NCBI GenBank assembly: GCA_040904565.1
Contig: JBBDTI010000013.1
Coordinates: 96,001-160,000, forward strand
Reading direction: 5' to 3'
DNA length: 64,000 bases
From: Rhodothermales bacterium
GTDB lineage: Bacteria > Bacteroidota > Rhodothermia > Rhodothermales > VXPQ01
This document shows positions 39,078 through 49,770 of the stretch, one piece after another; the stretch's first letter is position 1; every line of letters starts with the position of its first letter. The translations under genes were made by a program, and so were the position numbers. Under the pieces are notes generated by a model, which saw nothing but the letters and a program-made list of their open reading frames with translations, had not been told where the DNA came from and made no database searches.

Positions 39078-39134
39078 GTCGCTGGTTTTGTTTGGGGATA
39101 GAATCGGTATCTCAGGTCGATATGTGAGCGTCGT

Positions 39135-40466
39135 CTACGCTACCGAAGCGACAGGTATGAAGGCGGTGGCGGCAGCCAGGACCGTGCCATGGTCACTCAT
39201 CGAATCGAGTCGGACCGGTTCGACGACTCCGGTTCGCTCGGCGTCGTACGGGGCCTCGACGCGGACGTAGTTATCCGTGTAACCCAGCATCGATCCGTGC
39301 CTGTCGGCATCTTCCCACAGGACGTCGCGCGTATCTCCGAGATGCCGGCGATAGAAGGCCTCCTCCTTCTTTTTCGAAAGAATGCGCAGCATCTTGCCGC
39401 GGCGAGACCGTTCCGGTTTCGGGACGCGTTCACCCCCCATCTTCTCCAGGTTGTCGACCGCCGCCGTGTCGGGCCGCTCCGAGTAGGTGAATACGTGAAG
39501 GTACGTTACGGGGAGGTCGTTGATGAACCGGTAGCCGTTTTCGAAGTGCTCTTTACCTTCTGCGGGAAACCCCACGATGACGTCGGCGCCGATGCCGGCG
39601 TAGGGCATGCGGTCGACGATGCGTGCCACACGGTCCTCATACACGTCTCGCCGATAGCGGCGGCGCATGTTGCCGAGCACGTAATCATCCCCACTCTGAA
39701 GAGGAAGATGGAAGTGAGGCTGGAACCGGTCCGAGGCGCCCACGAAGTCGATGATCTCGTTCGTGAGCAGGTTCGGCTCGATGGATGAGATGCGGTAGCG
39801 TTCGATACCGTCCACGCGATCGAGACGTCGCAGGAGATCGAGCAGCGTGGCGCCGTGGTCTTCACCGTACAGACCGATGTTGACCCCGGTAAGTACGATC
39901 TCCCTGAATCCACGCTCCGCAATCTCATGGGCCTGCGCGAGGGTTCCTTCTATCGGCTGGGAGCGGCTTTTTCCACGGGCTAGCGGGATCGTGCAGAAGG
40001 CGCACCTGTAGTCGCATCCGTCCTGAATCTTCAAAAAGGCGCGTGTACGATCGTTGGCCGAGAAGGCGGCGCCGAAGCCGGCGGCATCATCGATGCAGGA
40101 AACCGATATCTGCGTCTTCTCCCGCTTGGAGAATTCTTCGACGAGCTGGAAGAGTCTAAACTTCTCGTCGGAGCCCAGAACGACATCGACGCCGTCGATG
40201 TCGGCAAGTTCGTTCGGCCGCAGCTGCGCGTAGCACCCCGTAACGATCACAAATGCATCCGGATTGGCCCGCAGCGCCCGGCGTATGATGTTGCGGCATT
40301 TCCGTTCAGCCTCGTTCGTGACCGTGCACGTATTGACGACCGTGACGTCTGCCGCCTCGCCGAAGGGCACCACCCCGAAATCCTGCTGCTCGAACGCACG
40401 CTCGAGCGTACTGGTCTCGGCGAAATTGAGTTTGCATCCGAGCGTGTAGAACGAAACACGCGGCAT
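39135..40466 (-). CDS. mtaB: tRNA t6A37 methylthiotransferase MtaB
   Basis: TLGCKLNFAET, KIQDGCDYRCAFC, RISSIEP and HVFTYSER. Confidence 0.95.
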   Translation of the reverse strand: MPRVSFYTLGCKLNFAETSTLERAFEQQDFGVVPFGEAADVTVVNTCTVTNEAERKCRNIIRRALRANPDAFVIVTGCYAQLRPNELADIDGVDVVLGSDEKFRLFQLVEEFSKREKTQISVSCIDDAAGFGAAFSANDRTRAFLKIQDGCDYRCAFCTIPLARGKSRSQPIEGTLAQAHEIAERGFREIVLTGVNIGLYGEDHGATLLDLLRRLDRVDGIERYRISSIEPNLLTNEIIDFVGASDRFQPHFHLPLQSGDDYVLGNMRRRYRRDVYEDRVARIVDRMPYAGIGADVIVGFPAEGKEHFENGYRFINDLPVTYLHVFTYSERPDTAAVDNLEKMGGERVPKPERSRRGKMLRILSKKKEEAFYRRHLGDTRDVLWEDADRHGSMLGYTDNYVRVEAPYDAERTGVVEPVRLDSMSDHGTVLAAATAFIPVASVA

Positions 40467-40587
40467 AGTGAACGGGTTCTTGACTCCGAATGGCGCGGCT
40501 GTGCAACGATGCAGTCGGGTCCGAGTTTCGCCCCATCCGGGCGGAATCGCCGCCCTTTGGCATCAAGGAAGGAGGTACGAACGCCCT

Positions 40588-41304
40588 GTGTTTGCACGTG
40601 AAGGGTACGCGCTAATCGGAGCTGCTGCCGTCATTGCGGCGCTGCTGATCGTCATCGGTCTGCAATTCTCTGTAGCGTGGCGATACGTGTTTATCACCCT
40701 GGGCGCCTTCGTGCTGGCCTTTACCCTGTATTTCTTTCGCGATCCCGGCCGGACGCCGCCGTCGGAGGCGGAAGACGGTATGCTCGTTCTGGCGCCGGCT
40801 GACGGAAAGGTGGTCGTGGTAGCGGAGGACGTCCACGAACCGCTGTACCTGAAGGGGAGGGCTCGACAGGTATCCATCTTTCTCTCGCCGCTGAATGTAC
40901 ATGTAAACAGGATACCCACGGATGGGATCGTCGAACACGTCAACTACGTGTCCGGCGACTACCTGGTGGCCTGGCATCCTAAAGCCAGCGAGATGAACGA
41001 GCGCTCGGAAATAGGCGTTCGCCATCCGTCCGGCGCCAGGGTTCTCTTCAAGCAGATAGCCGGTGCCGTTGCGCGCCGCATCGTCTATCACGTTCAGGAG
41101 GGTGATTCGGTACGCGCCGGCGAGCGCTTCGGCATCGTCAAGTTTGGATCGAGAATGGACGTCCTCGTTCCCCCGCACGTCGAGATCGTCATTGAGGAGG
41201 GGGACCGCGTTCGCGCAGGAGAAACTATTATTGGACGCATTCCGGACGTCGCACCTGCGGGTGATGAATCGGCGCCAGCACGAGAAGAAATGTCATCCGA
41301 ATAG
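40588..41304 (+). CDS. psd: phosphatidylserine decarboxylase proenzyme
   Basis: FFRDP, APADGKV, IFLSPLNVHVNR and KFGSRMD self-cleavage site; GTG start. Confidence 0.93.
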   Translation: MFAREGYALIGAAAVIAALLIVIGLQFSVAWRYVFITLGAFVLAFTLYFFRDPGRTPPSEAEDGMLVLAPADGKVVVVAEDVHEPLYLKGRARQVSIFLSPLNVHVNRIPTDGIVEHVNYVSGDYLVAWHPKASEMNERSEIGVRHPSGARVLFKQIAGAVARRIVYHVQEGDSVRAGERFGIVKFGSRMDVLVPPHVEIVIEEGDRVRAGETIIGRIPDVAPAGDESAPAREEMSSE

Positions 41305-42171
41305 ATGTCCGATCCGCCACCAGGCGATTCGACGCCTGTGCGTCCCGGCAAGCAGCGCCGCATCCGCGGGCGACTGGCTGCCTACAGGGCGCGCCGCGCG
41401 GAAGGAGGAAAACGCCGCCCGCTACCCCCGGCGGCCGTCCCGTCCTTCTTTACCTTGATGAACCTCTTTTCGGGGTACCTCTCGGTCGTACAGACCATCG
41501 AGGGGCGCTTCGAGTATGCCTGCTGGCTCATCGTACTGGCGGCCTTTTTCGACGTGCTGGACGGCATGATGGCACGCCTTACGAACGGAACGAGTCTTTT
41601 CGGCATCGAACTCGACTCGCTGTCGGACGTCGTGTCGTTCGGCGTCGCTCCGTCCGTCCTCGTCTATGTGTTTGGGCTGCGGGAATTTGGCGCCGTCGGA
41701 CTGATTGCGTCCTCGCTGCCGGCCATCTGCGGCGCGGTGCGCCTGGCACGCTTCAACGTGGCCTTCGACGGCGTGAAGCGCGATTACTTCATCGGGCTTC
41801 CGACCCCGGGGATGGCGGTGATCATCGTCGCGATTATCCTCAATTTCAACGACGTGAGCTGGTTCAGCGAGTATGGGCCCGGCACGTTGTCCATCCTGAT
41901 ACCGCTCGTCATCGGGTTGTCGCTGCTGATGATTTCCACGATGCGGTTCGACGCGATTCCAAAGCCGTCGGCGGCGTATATCCGAAAACATCCGCGTAAG
42001 GCCGCTGCGTACGGGCTGGGTTTGATGCTCGTTATCGTCCTCCAGCAGGTGGGACTTCTGATCGCGTTGAGCACATACGTACTCATTAACATCATCCTGG
42101 CGCTGAATCGCTTGGTACGGCAGCCGCCGGATGAGGACGACTTCGTCGAAGACGACGCGAATAGCTACTAA
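41305..42171 (+). CDS. pssA: CDP-diacylglycerol--serine O-phosphatidyltransferase
   Basis: DVLDGMMAR...FGIELDSLSD, RLARFN and FIGLPTP; follows psd. Confidence 0.93.
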   Translation: MSDPPPGDSTPVRPGKQRRIRGRLAAYRARRAEGGKRRPLPPAAVPSFFTLMNLFSGYLSVVQTIEGRFEYACWLIVLAAFFDVLDGMMARLTNGTSLFGIELDSLSDVVSFGVAPSVLVYVFGLREFGAVGLIASSLPAICGAVRLARFNVAFDGVKRDYFIGLPTPGMAVIIVAIILNFNDVSWFSEYGPGTLSILIPLVIGLSLLMISTMRFDAIPKPSAAYIRKHPRKAAAYGLGLMLVIVLQQVGLLIALSTYVLINIILALNRLVRQPPDEDDFVEDDANSY

Positions 42172-42253
42172 TCGGCGGCCGGATGCGGCACGCTCCACGG
42201 CGATTCTCGTACCATGATTCTCCCTATATCCACGTTTCCCAAACGACACCGCC

Positions 42254-42520
42254 ATGTATAAGGCAAGCATTCACGTTACGTTGAGGCCGTCCATTCTCGA
42301 TCCGCAGGGGAAGACGACGCACCATGCGCTGGAAGACCTCGGGTTTCAAAAGGTCGATCGCGTTCGCATGGGTAAGTTCATCGAGATGTGGATTGAGGAA
42401 TCCACGAAGGAGGCCGCGGAGGCGGTCGCGCAACGTGCGTGCGAACAGCTGCTGGCGAATCCTGTAATGGAAGACTACGAGATTCGCGTAGAGAAGGCAC
42501 CGGAACAGGTCGCGACGTAG
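42254..42520 (+). CDS. purS: phosphoribosylformylglycinamidine synthase subunit PurS
   Basis: ILDPQG, VRMGK and LLANPVMEDY. Confidence 0.96.
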   Translation: MYKASIHVTLRPSILDPQGKTTHHALEDLGFQKVDRVRMGKFIEMWIEESTKEAAEAVAQRACEQLLANPVMEDYEIRVEKAPEQVAT

Positions 42521-42573
42521 CGTCTCGACACGGATCATCTTTCGATCGTATGTGGTGTTGGAGTCTGTTCAGA

Positions 42574-42918
42574 ATGAATGTGGAACGTAGTAGGTCCATC
42601 TGGTACGGAACGGGCCCGAAGTCGCCTTCGCCGGCTTCGCCTGTTCCCGAGACGGACGTCATCGTCGAAGAGGAAGAGGAGGAGCGGACGGACGATCCAT
42701 GGCGCGTCATTCTCTATAATGACGAGATTCACACATTCGAGGAGGTTATTGCCCAGATCGTCAAGGCGACGGGATGTAGCACGGGAAGGGCCGAGAAGCT
42801 CGCCTGGCAGGTGCACACGACAGGTAAAGCGGCTGTCTACGAGGGGTCGTTCGAGGAGTGCTTCCAGGTGCAGGGCGTCCTCCGCGAAATTCAGCTCGTC
42901 ACCGAAATTGAGGGATAG
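42574..42918 (+). CDS. clpS: ATP-dependent Clp protease adaptor ClpS
   Basis: WRVILYNDEIHTFEEV and VHTTGKA; start uncertain. Confidence 0.88.
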   Translation: MNVERSRSIWYGTGPKSPSPASPVPETDVIVEEEEEERTDDPWRVILYNDEIHTFEEVIAQIVKATGCSTGRAEKLAWQVHTTGKAAVYEGSFEECFQVQGVLREIQLVTEIEG

Positions 42919-42932
42919 GGTCTCTCGTCCGC

Positions 42933-43544
42933 ATGCGTACGGATGCGTACAAGTCGATACGGGGGCCTGCCGCTGCCGAAATGAAGGTTCGGGGCTCCCG
43001 GTTTATCGGAGAGGCGATCCCCGTGCGCGACGAAGAGGAGGCCGCGCTTCGAATCGACGAAGTGAAACGGCGAGAGCACGCCGCGACGCACCACTGCACG
43101 GCCTATCGCCTGGGTCCTGAGGGGGACGTCTTCCGGTATAACGACGACGGGGAACCGGGCGGTACGGCCGGGCCGCCGATTCTCCGGCAGATCGAATCTC
43201 GTGACCTAACGGATATTCTCGTCGTGGTCACCCGGTACTTCGGGGGAACGCAACTCGGTACGGGTGGTCTCGCGCGAGCATATGGCGAGGCGGCGGAACA
43301 GGCGCTCGAAGCGGCCGACGTCGTAACTCACGTTATATTTACCCGCCTCTACGTGTCTTTCCAGTACGACGACACGTCGCCCGCCATGTACACCATCGAA
43401 CAGTACGGCGGGCAGGTGGTGGCTTCGACGTATTCGGAAAAGACGGAGCTGACGCTCGACGTGCCTTCGAGCCGGGTCGATGCATTTGAGGAAGCCTTTG
43501 TGGACGCGCTAGGCGGTCGAGGTGAGATAGGCCGAGGAGTGTGA
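42933..43544 (+). CDS. YigZ/IMPACT family protein
   Basis: SRFIG, ATHHCTAY, DDGEPGGTAG and VVTRYFGG..LGTGGL. Confidence 0.93.
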   Translation: MRTDAYKSIRGPAAAEMKVRGSRFIGEAIPVRDEEEAALRIDEVKRREHAATHHCTAYRLGPEGDVFRYNDDGEPGGTAGPPILRQIESRDLTDILVVVTRYFGGTQLGTGGLARAYGEAAEQALEAADVVTHVIFTRLYVSFQYDDTSPAMYTIEQYGGQVVASTYSEKTELTLDVPSSRVDAFEEAFVDALGGRGEIGRGV

Positions 43545-43552
43545 ACCGCGCG

Positions 43553-43993
43553 TTACATCTTGTATTCCTCCATGGCGGCGACGGCGACTTCGTCGACGAG
43601 GTTATTCATCTCGTCGTCCGCATGGCCCTTTACCTTGACCCAGCTGACGTCGTGACGTTCGCTGACATTGAGGAGTGCCTCCCAGAGATCCTTATTCTCG
43701 ACCGGTTTCTTGGAGGACGTTTTCCAACCGTTACGCTGCCATTTGTCGAGCCAGCCCTGCGTAAACGCATTATGGAGATAGGCGCTGTCCGTATGCAGCG
43801 AGACCTTGCAGGGTTGCTTCAGGGCGCGCAGTGCTTCGAGCGCTGCCGTTAATTCCATGCGGTTGTTCGTCGTCATCCGCTCTCCGCCTGAAACGACCTT
43901 TTGATGCTCGCCGTGGCGCAGCAATGCCGCCCACCCGCCGGGGCCGGGATTGCCGCTGCAGGCTCCGTCCGTGTAGATGATGATCTCCTTCAA
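43553..43993 (-). CDS. rnhA: ribonuclease HI
   Basis: YTDGACSGNPGPGGW, TTNNRMEL, NKDLW and VKGHA; probable TTG start. Confidence 0.96.
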   Translation of the reverse strand: MKEIIIYTDGACSGNPGPGGWAALLRHGEHQKVVSGGERMTTNNRMELTAALEALRALKQPCKVSLHTDSAYLHNAFTQGWLDKWQRNGWKTSSKKPVENKDLWEALLNVSERHDVSWVKVKGHADDEMNNLVDEVAVAAMEEYKM

Positions 43994-44142
43994 AACCGGA
44001 TGTGAACGCTGGATATGATGGGTACAGAACCGCACTAACGTAAGGTCGGTTGGAACACAATTGCAGGTGTATCCGCTGATAGCGGGCGAAAACGCCTTGA
44101 AGATCGTCGTAGCTAACACGTACTGAGGCCGCACCGAATCCT

Positions 44143-45165
44143 ATGAAATTCGTCGACTACGTTACCATTACGGCCCGGAGCGGTCACGGCGGCGCCGGTT
44201 CGGTTGCCTTTCGACGGGAGAAGTACGAACCGAAGGGAGGACCGGCCGGCGGTGACGGCGGTGACGGCGGCTCCGTCATACTTGTCGGAGACGATAATCT
44301 GTATACACTGCTCGATCTCCGGTACAACCGGCATCACTTTGCGGGTAGTGGAGAGGCGGGAGCCGGAAACAATCGAAAAGGCAAGGACGGGGAAGACATC
44401 GTCCTCCGCGTCCCGCCGGGGACCGTCGTGAAGCTGACGGAAACCGGAGAGGTTATCGGTGAGATCGCCGAACCGGGAGATCGGATGGTGCTGGTCGAGG
44501 GAGGCCGGGGTGGAAAAGGTAACGCCTTCTTCAAATCTTCGACCAATCAGGCACCGCGCCACGCTCAGCGTGGGGAGCCGGGAGAAGAGAAAGACATAAC
44601 GCTGGAGCTGAAACTGTTGGCCGACGTTGGGCTCGTCGGTCTGCCGAACGCCGGGAAAAGTACGCTCATCTCGACCATGTCCGCCGCGAAGCCGAAGGTG
44701 GCGGATTATCCGTTCACGACGCTCGAACCTGCGCTTGGGGTGGTCTACGTCGGCGACTATCAGTCGTTCGTAATGGCTGACATTCCCGGCATCATCGAGG
44801 GAGCCCACGAAGGAAAGGGTTTGGGGCTTCAATTCCTGAAGCACATCGAGCGAAATGCCGTCCTTCTGTTCGTGATTCCGATCGACTCAAAGGATCTGGC
44901 TGGAGAATATGAGACCCTGCTCGGTGAGCTGCGCTCGTACGACGAGGAGCTCCTCAACAAGCCCCGCCTGGTAGCGCTATCTAAAATAGATCTTCTGCCG
45001 CCGGAGGAGCGGGATTTATTGCCGGAAATCGTGGCGGATGAGTTTCCTGACGACCTTCCGCTGCTGCCCATCAGCGCCGTCGCGCAAATCGGGCTCGATG
45101 AGCTCCGACATCGACTATGGTCCATCGTCCGTCGCCGGAATGCCCAGTATGAGGCCGTGGAGTGA
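44143..45165 (+). CDS. obgE: GTPase ObgE
   Basis: GGPAGGDGGDGG, GLPNAGKST, YPFTTL and DIPGII. Confidence 0.97.
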   Translation: MKFVDYVTITARSGHGGAGSVAFRREKYEPKGGPAGGDGGDGGSVILVGDDNLYTLLDLRYNRHHFAGSGEAGAGNNRKGKDGEDIVLRVPPGTVVKLTETGEVIGEIAEPGDRMVLVEGGRGGKGNAFFKSSTNQAPRHAQRGEPGEEKDITLELKLLADVGLVGLPNAGKSTLISTMSAAKPKVADYPFTTLEPALGVVYVGDYQSFVMADIPGIIEGAHEGKGLGLQFLKHIERNAVLLFVIPIDSKDLAGEYETLLGELRSYDEELLNKPRLVALSKIDLLPPEERDLLPEIVADEFPDDLPLLPISAVAQIGLDELRHRLWSIVRRRNAQYEAVE

Positions 45166-46322
45166 GCCGACGGATGTACGCACGGACTCGACGGCCCGCA
45201 GCGGGCGACCGTGACGAGGAACGCGCTCTCATCGCTCTGTCACTCGTTCCGGGGGTGGGGATCGGTCGGATTCGTTTACTTCTCGCTGCGTTCGGCTCAG
45301 CACGAGCCGTTTTATCGACTCCCCGCTCCGTTTTGAGCGGCGTTCCCGGCATCGGGTCGCGTACGGCCGAACGTATCGCTCGCTTCGACGACCTCTCTAC
45401 GGTGGATCGACAATTTGAACGGGCCCGCCGGGTAGGTGCGGAGTTCATTTCGATGTGGGACGATCGGTATCCCTATCTCCTTCGTAAGATCTACGATCCG
45501 CCGCCGTTTATCTGGGTTCGAGGCCGGATGCCGGTCGCCGATGGCGCAGAACGGGCCCTGGCCATCGTTGGAACAAGACGTGCCTCCGCATATGGAAGGA
45601 GAACAACCCACGACATCTCCCACATTCTGGTTCGACTCGGGTTTACGATTGTAAGCGGACTTGCCTACGGTATCGACGTGGCATCCCACGCGGCGGCGCT
45701 GGAAGCAGGCGGCCGTACCATCGCCGTTCTAGGATCAGGTGTAGATCGGGTGTATCCCGCACGGCACCGCCGCCTTACTGAGGACATCGTGCACCGTGGT
45801 GCCGTCATATCTGAGTTTCCAATGGGAGCAAAGCCGGAGGCCCAGAATTTCCCTCGGCGAAACAGGGTCGTAAGCGGACTCTGTCTCGGTACGATCGTCG
45901 TGGAAGCTCGTGAGGACGGCGGTGCCCTTATTACGGCGCGATTGGCGCTGCAGCAGAACCGCGAAGTGTTCGCCGTACCCGGCCCGATCCATAGTCCGGC
46001 CAGCGCCGGTACGAACCGGCTTATTCAGGGGGGCGAAGCGAAACTCGTACAGACGGTAGAGGACATCCTCGATGAGTTGGGGATGCGAGCCGATGCGGAA
46101 GATCTCTCGCTACCGACCATCGACGTGGCCTCGTTGTCACCGGAAGAGCAGGCGCTTTGCAAGGTTCTGTCGCCCGAACCCATGCACATCGACGCACTGT
46201 GTGGTGCCGCCGGCCTCGAACCGGCCGTCGCGCTGGTGCATCTGCTCAACCTCGAATTCAAGGGCGTGGTACACCAGCAGGCCGGAAAGCATTTCTATCT
46301 TTCCGCATCAATAAATCCGTGA
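45162..46322 (+). CDS. dprA: DNA-processing protein DprA
   Basis: AIVGTR, VSGLAYGID, FPRRNR and REVFAVPG; overlaps the obgE stop. Confidence 0.95.
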   Translation: MSRRMYARTRRPAAGDRDEERALIALSLVPGVGIGRIRLLLAAFGSARAVLSTPRSVLSGVPGIGSRTAERIARFDDLSTVDRQFERARRVGAEFISMWDDRYPYLLRKIYDPPPFIWVRGRMPVADGAERALAIVGTRRASAYGRRTTHDISHILVRLGFTIVSGLAYGIDVASHAAALEAGGRTIAVLGSGVDRVYPARHRRLTEDIVHRGAVISEFPMGAKPEAQNFPRRNRVVSGLCLGTIVVEAREDGGALITARLALQQNREVFAVPGPIHSPASAGTNRLIQGGEAKLVQTVEDILDELGMRADAEDLSLPTIDVASLSPEEQALCKVLSPEPMHIDALCGAAGLEPAVALVHLLNLEFKGVVHQQAGKHFYLSASINP

Positions 46323-46342
46323 TCGGATTATCCCATCTACGT

Positions 46343-47401
46343 ATGAAGTTGATTTTTTCTATATGTGCTCTCGGCGTTATCGCCGCCACGCTCCTCCCGA
46401 TCTGGAAGCACGAGGCCTGGTGGATCCGCATATTCGATTTCCCCCGCCAGCAGATTGCCGCCGGCGGTCTCGCGATTGCGGCCGGATATGCGTTGATGAT
46501 ACCGCTGGCGACACGATTGGACGTGGCGATCCTGATCGTGCTGGCCGTCTGTTCAGGCTATCAATGCTGGAAGATCGTGCCGTACACGCCGCTCCATCCG
46601 CCCCAGGTGAAGACTGCCAGAACCGAGGCTCGTTCGTGTGGACGCGTCTCCGTCCTGATTGCCAACGTCCTGATGGAGAACCGGGAGTCGGACCGATTTA
46701 TCGATCTGGTCCGCGAGCATGATCCTGACGTACTGCTTACCGTAGAGACGGATCGGTGGTGGGTCGACGTCCTGTCGTCGCTTGATGGTTCCTATCCGTA
46801 TAGCGTCAAGGTGCCGCTGCCGAGCACGTACGGCATGACCCTTCAATCGCGCCTTGAAGTGGTTGAATCCGAGGTGCGCTACCTTGTCGACGACGGGATA
46901 CCTTCGATCTACGCCCGCATCATGCTACCCGAGGGAACGGCGGTACGTATATATGGTCTTCATCCCAGGCCGCCGGGGCCGACGCAGGATGCGGATACGA
47001 TCGATAGAGACGCAGAGGTACTCGTCGTCGGCCGGGAGGTCCGTGCGTCGGACGAACCGACGATCGTGATGGGCGATCTGAACGACGTGGCCTGGTCCTA
47101 TTCGACGAATCTGTTCCAGCGAATCAGCGGAATGCTCGATCCTCGCATCGGACGCGGCACGTACAGCACGTTTCACGCCGGGAACGTGCTCATGCGCTGG
47201 CCCCTGGACCACTTATTTCATTCGGGCCATTTCAAACTCGTTCGCATCGAACGACTGCCCGCCTGGGGGTCGGATCATTTTCCGATGTTCGTCCGGTTGC
47301 AATATTCCGCTAACGGTGAGGAGGTTCACGACGTGCCGGAAGCCGGACGCGCGGCGCGGTCCGAGGCGATCGAGAAGATTGACAAGGCCTATGACGATTG
47401 A
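46343..47401 (+). CDS. membrane-anchored endonuclease/exonuclease/phosphatase family protein
   Basis: N-terminal TM helices, ANVL, MGDLNDVAWS, PLDHLF and GSDHFP. Confidence 0.9.
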   Translation: MKLIFSICALGVIAATLLPIWKHEAWWIRIFDFPRQQIAAGGLAIAAGYALMIPLATRLDVAILIVLAVCSGYQCWKIVPYTPLHPPQVKTARTEARSCGRVSVLIANVLMENRESDRFIDLVREHDPDVLLTVETDRWWVDVLSSLDGSYPYSVKVPLPSTYGMTLQSRLEVVESEVRYLVDDGIPSIYARIMLPEGTAVRIYGLHPRPPGPTQDADTIDRDAEVLVVGREVRASDEPTIVMGDLNDVAWSYSTNLFQRISGMLDPRIGRGTYSTFHAGNVLMRWPLDHLFHSGHFKLVRIERLPAWGSDHFPMFVRLQYSANGEEVHDVPEAGRAARSEAIEKIDKAYDD

Positions 47402-48524
47402 TGAGATCCGGGATCGGTTTCCGCACGTTCTCCGGACGACCTATTTAAACCACGCCGCGACGGCACCGCTAAGCACACCGGTTGTGGCAGCCATCCGGAG
47501 GTACGTCGAAGAACGCCACGAAACGAACGTCGAGAATTTCGGCGCATTCCAGGATGTTGTAGGTGCGGCACGACAGCGCATTGCTCGACTGATCGGGACC
47601 ACCGTCGACCGAGTCGAGTTTGCTCCCAACACGTCGTACGCGCTCAACGTTCTCGCACGAGGACTCGACTGGAGGCGCGGTGACCGCGTTGCCGTCCCCG
47701 GCTGCGAGTTTCCAGCCAACGTGTATCCCTTCCTGAATCTCGGACACCTGGGGGTGGAGGTGGACTTCATTCCGCACGATCGGGGGGTGATTACGATGAA
47801 GGATATCGAACGCGCGCTCCGCCCTGCTACGCGGTTGCTCGCCATCAGTTGGGTCCAGTATCTCTCGGGATATCGGATGGATCTTCAGGAAGTTGGAGAG
47901 CTCTGCCGGCGCAAAGGAGTACTCTTTTGCGTCGACGCGATCCAGGGGCTCGGTGCGCTGCAGCTCGATGTCGAAAAGGCGGGGATCGACTTCCTGGCTT
48001 GCGGCGGACACAAATGGCTCATGGCGACGCAGGGTATCGGGTTTCTTTACGTTACGAAGGGTCTCCAGGAGCGGATCAGGCCGGCGGCGGGTTGGCTGCA
48101 CGGGCCTGTCGACTGGGATCGCCTCGACGATTACGAGCTTCGTTTCCATCCAGACGCCTCGCGTTATCGGCTCGGAACGATGAACCATATCGGCGTGGCC
48201 GCGCTCGAGGCTTCACTTGGACTCTATGAAGCGGCCGGTCCGGCATGGTGCGAGCGGAGCGTGCTCGAACGCGCCGCCGAGCTCGCCGACGGTTTGTCCG
48301 ATATCGGACTGATTCGCTACGGCAGCCCGGAGGCCGAGCACGCGTCCGGCATCGTCTCGGTCGAGCACGAGCGGGTCGAAGAACTGTATGCTTACCTTTC
48401 GGCGCGGGATGTCGAGGTGGCCGTACGTCAGCAGAAACTCCGGTTCTCGCCGACGTACTATAACTCGACGGACGAGGTGAGCCGGGCCCTCGAATGCGTT
48501 GCATCATTTCTGAAGGAAAAGTAG
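47391..48524 (+). CDS. class V PLP-dependent enzyme (cysteine desulfurase/isopenicillin N epimerase-like)
   Basis: YLNHAA, EFPANVYP, VDAIQ and GGHKWL. Confidence 0.9.
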   Translation: MTIDEIRDRFPHVLRTTYLNHAATAPLSTPVVAAIRRYVEERHETNVENFGAFQDVVGAARQRIARLIGTTVDRVEFAPNTSYALNVLARGLDWRRGDRVAVPGCEFPANVYPFLNLGHLGVEVDFIPHDRGVITMKDIERALRPATRLLAISWVQYLSGYRMDLQEVGELCRRKGVLFCVDAIQGLGALQLDVEKAGIDFLACGGHKWLMATQGIGFLYVTKGLQERIRPAAGWLHGPVDWDRLDDYELRFHPDASRYRLGTMNHIGVAALEASLGLYEAAGPAWCERSVLERAAELADGLSDIGLIRYGSPEAEHASGIVSVEHERVEELYAYLSARDVEVAVRQQKLRFSPTYYNSTDEVSRALECVASFLKEK

Positions 48525-48526
48525 GC

Positions 48527-49615
48527 GTGGACGAAGAGCGAGTCGAGCAAATCGTAACCCTGGAAGTCCCGGCCGGCTACGAGGAAGGGATGCGCATCGA
48601 CAGGTACATCACGCGCTTCCTTCCCAACGTTTCTCGCACGAAGGTTCAGATAGGCATCGAGGAGGGCTGCGTCACGGTTAACGGAGTCGCTGTCGACAAG
48701 AGCTCGTACAGCGTCCAGGCCGCCGACGTCATCGTGTGCGCGGTGATGAGGCCACCGCCTATCGAGGCCCGGCCCGAGCCGATCCCTCTCGACGTGGTAT
48801 ACGAGGATGACGATCTGATCGTCGTCAACAAAGAGGCGGGCATGGTCGTTCACCCGGCCTACGGACACCGAACGGGCACGCTCGTCAACGCGCTGCTGTA
48901 CTACGTGGGGGCGGGCTCTCTCGAAGTCGAATCGGACGACGAGGACCTGGATGATGATGAGGTAGGACTCTCGACGGCGAACGCGCTGCCGCGACACGAA
49001 GGCGACCCCGCCATCCGGCCCGGGATCGTGCACCGGTTGGACAAGGATACGTCCGGACTTCTGGTCGTCGCCAAGAATGACGTTGCCCATCGTCTACTCG
49101 CCCGCCAGTTTGCCGACCATTCGATCGAGCGCCGGTATGTTGCCGTTCTTTGGGGGATTCCGGAGCCGCGCTCAGGACGCATAGAAGGAGATATCGGGCG
49201 TGACCGACGAGATCGCAAGCGCATGGCCGTCGTCCCTCCCGGAGAGGGCAAGCACGCCGTTACGCACTACGAGACGTTAGAGACGTTCGGACATACGTCC
49301 CTGGTCGCTTTCAGACTCGAAACGGGGCGTACGCACCAGATCCGCGTTCACGCGCAGCATATCGGTCATCCCGTGTTTTGCGACGCGACGTACGGAGGAC
49401 GAGCCGTGCGATTCGGTCCGGCTTCATCGAACCGAAAAGCGTTCGTCCGCAACCTTTTCGATGGCCTGGACAGGCATGCGCTGCATGCCGAGACCCTCGG
49501 ATTCGTACATCCTCGCTCCGAAGAGCGCATCTCGTTTCAGGCCGATCCGCCGGAAGATATGCAGCATGTGATCGATCGGCTTCGAACTATTGAAGGGGAT
49601 CGGGCTGACTGTTAA
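48527..49615 (+). CDS. rluD: RluA/RluD family pseudouridine synthase
   Basis: S4-like N-terminus, VNKEAGMVVHP, RPGIVHRLDKDTSG and ETGRTHQIR. Confidence 0.9.
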   Translation: MDEERVEQIVTLEVPAGYEEGMRIDRYITRFLPNVSRTKVQIGIEEGCVTVNGVAVDKSSYSVQAADVIVCAVMRPPPIEARPEPIPLDVVYEDDDLIVVNKEAGMVVHPAYGHRTGTLVNALLYYVGAGSLEVESDDEDLDDDEVGLSTANALPRHEGDPAIRPGIVHRLDKDTSGLLVVAKNDVAHRLLARQFADHSIERRYVAVLWGIPEPRSGRIEGDIGRDRRDRKRMAVVPPGEGKHAVTHYETLETFGHTSLVAFRLETGRTHQIRVHAQHIGHPVFCDATYGGRAVRFGPASSNRKAFVRNLFDGLDRHALHAETLGFVHPRSEERISFQADPPEDMQHVIDRLRTIEGDRADC

Positions 49616-49770
49616 GATGCTGTGCAGATCAGGGCGCGATTCACGGGGTTCGCGAACAAGGCCCATACCAGGACGTTATGGGCTCTTGTATGCGGTCGTG
49701 CCTACGGCGCCCTCGCGCCGGAGTCTCAGGGACGGCGGAATCTCCCGCAACGGATCGACATGGATCATTT

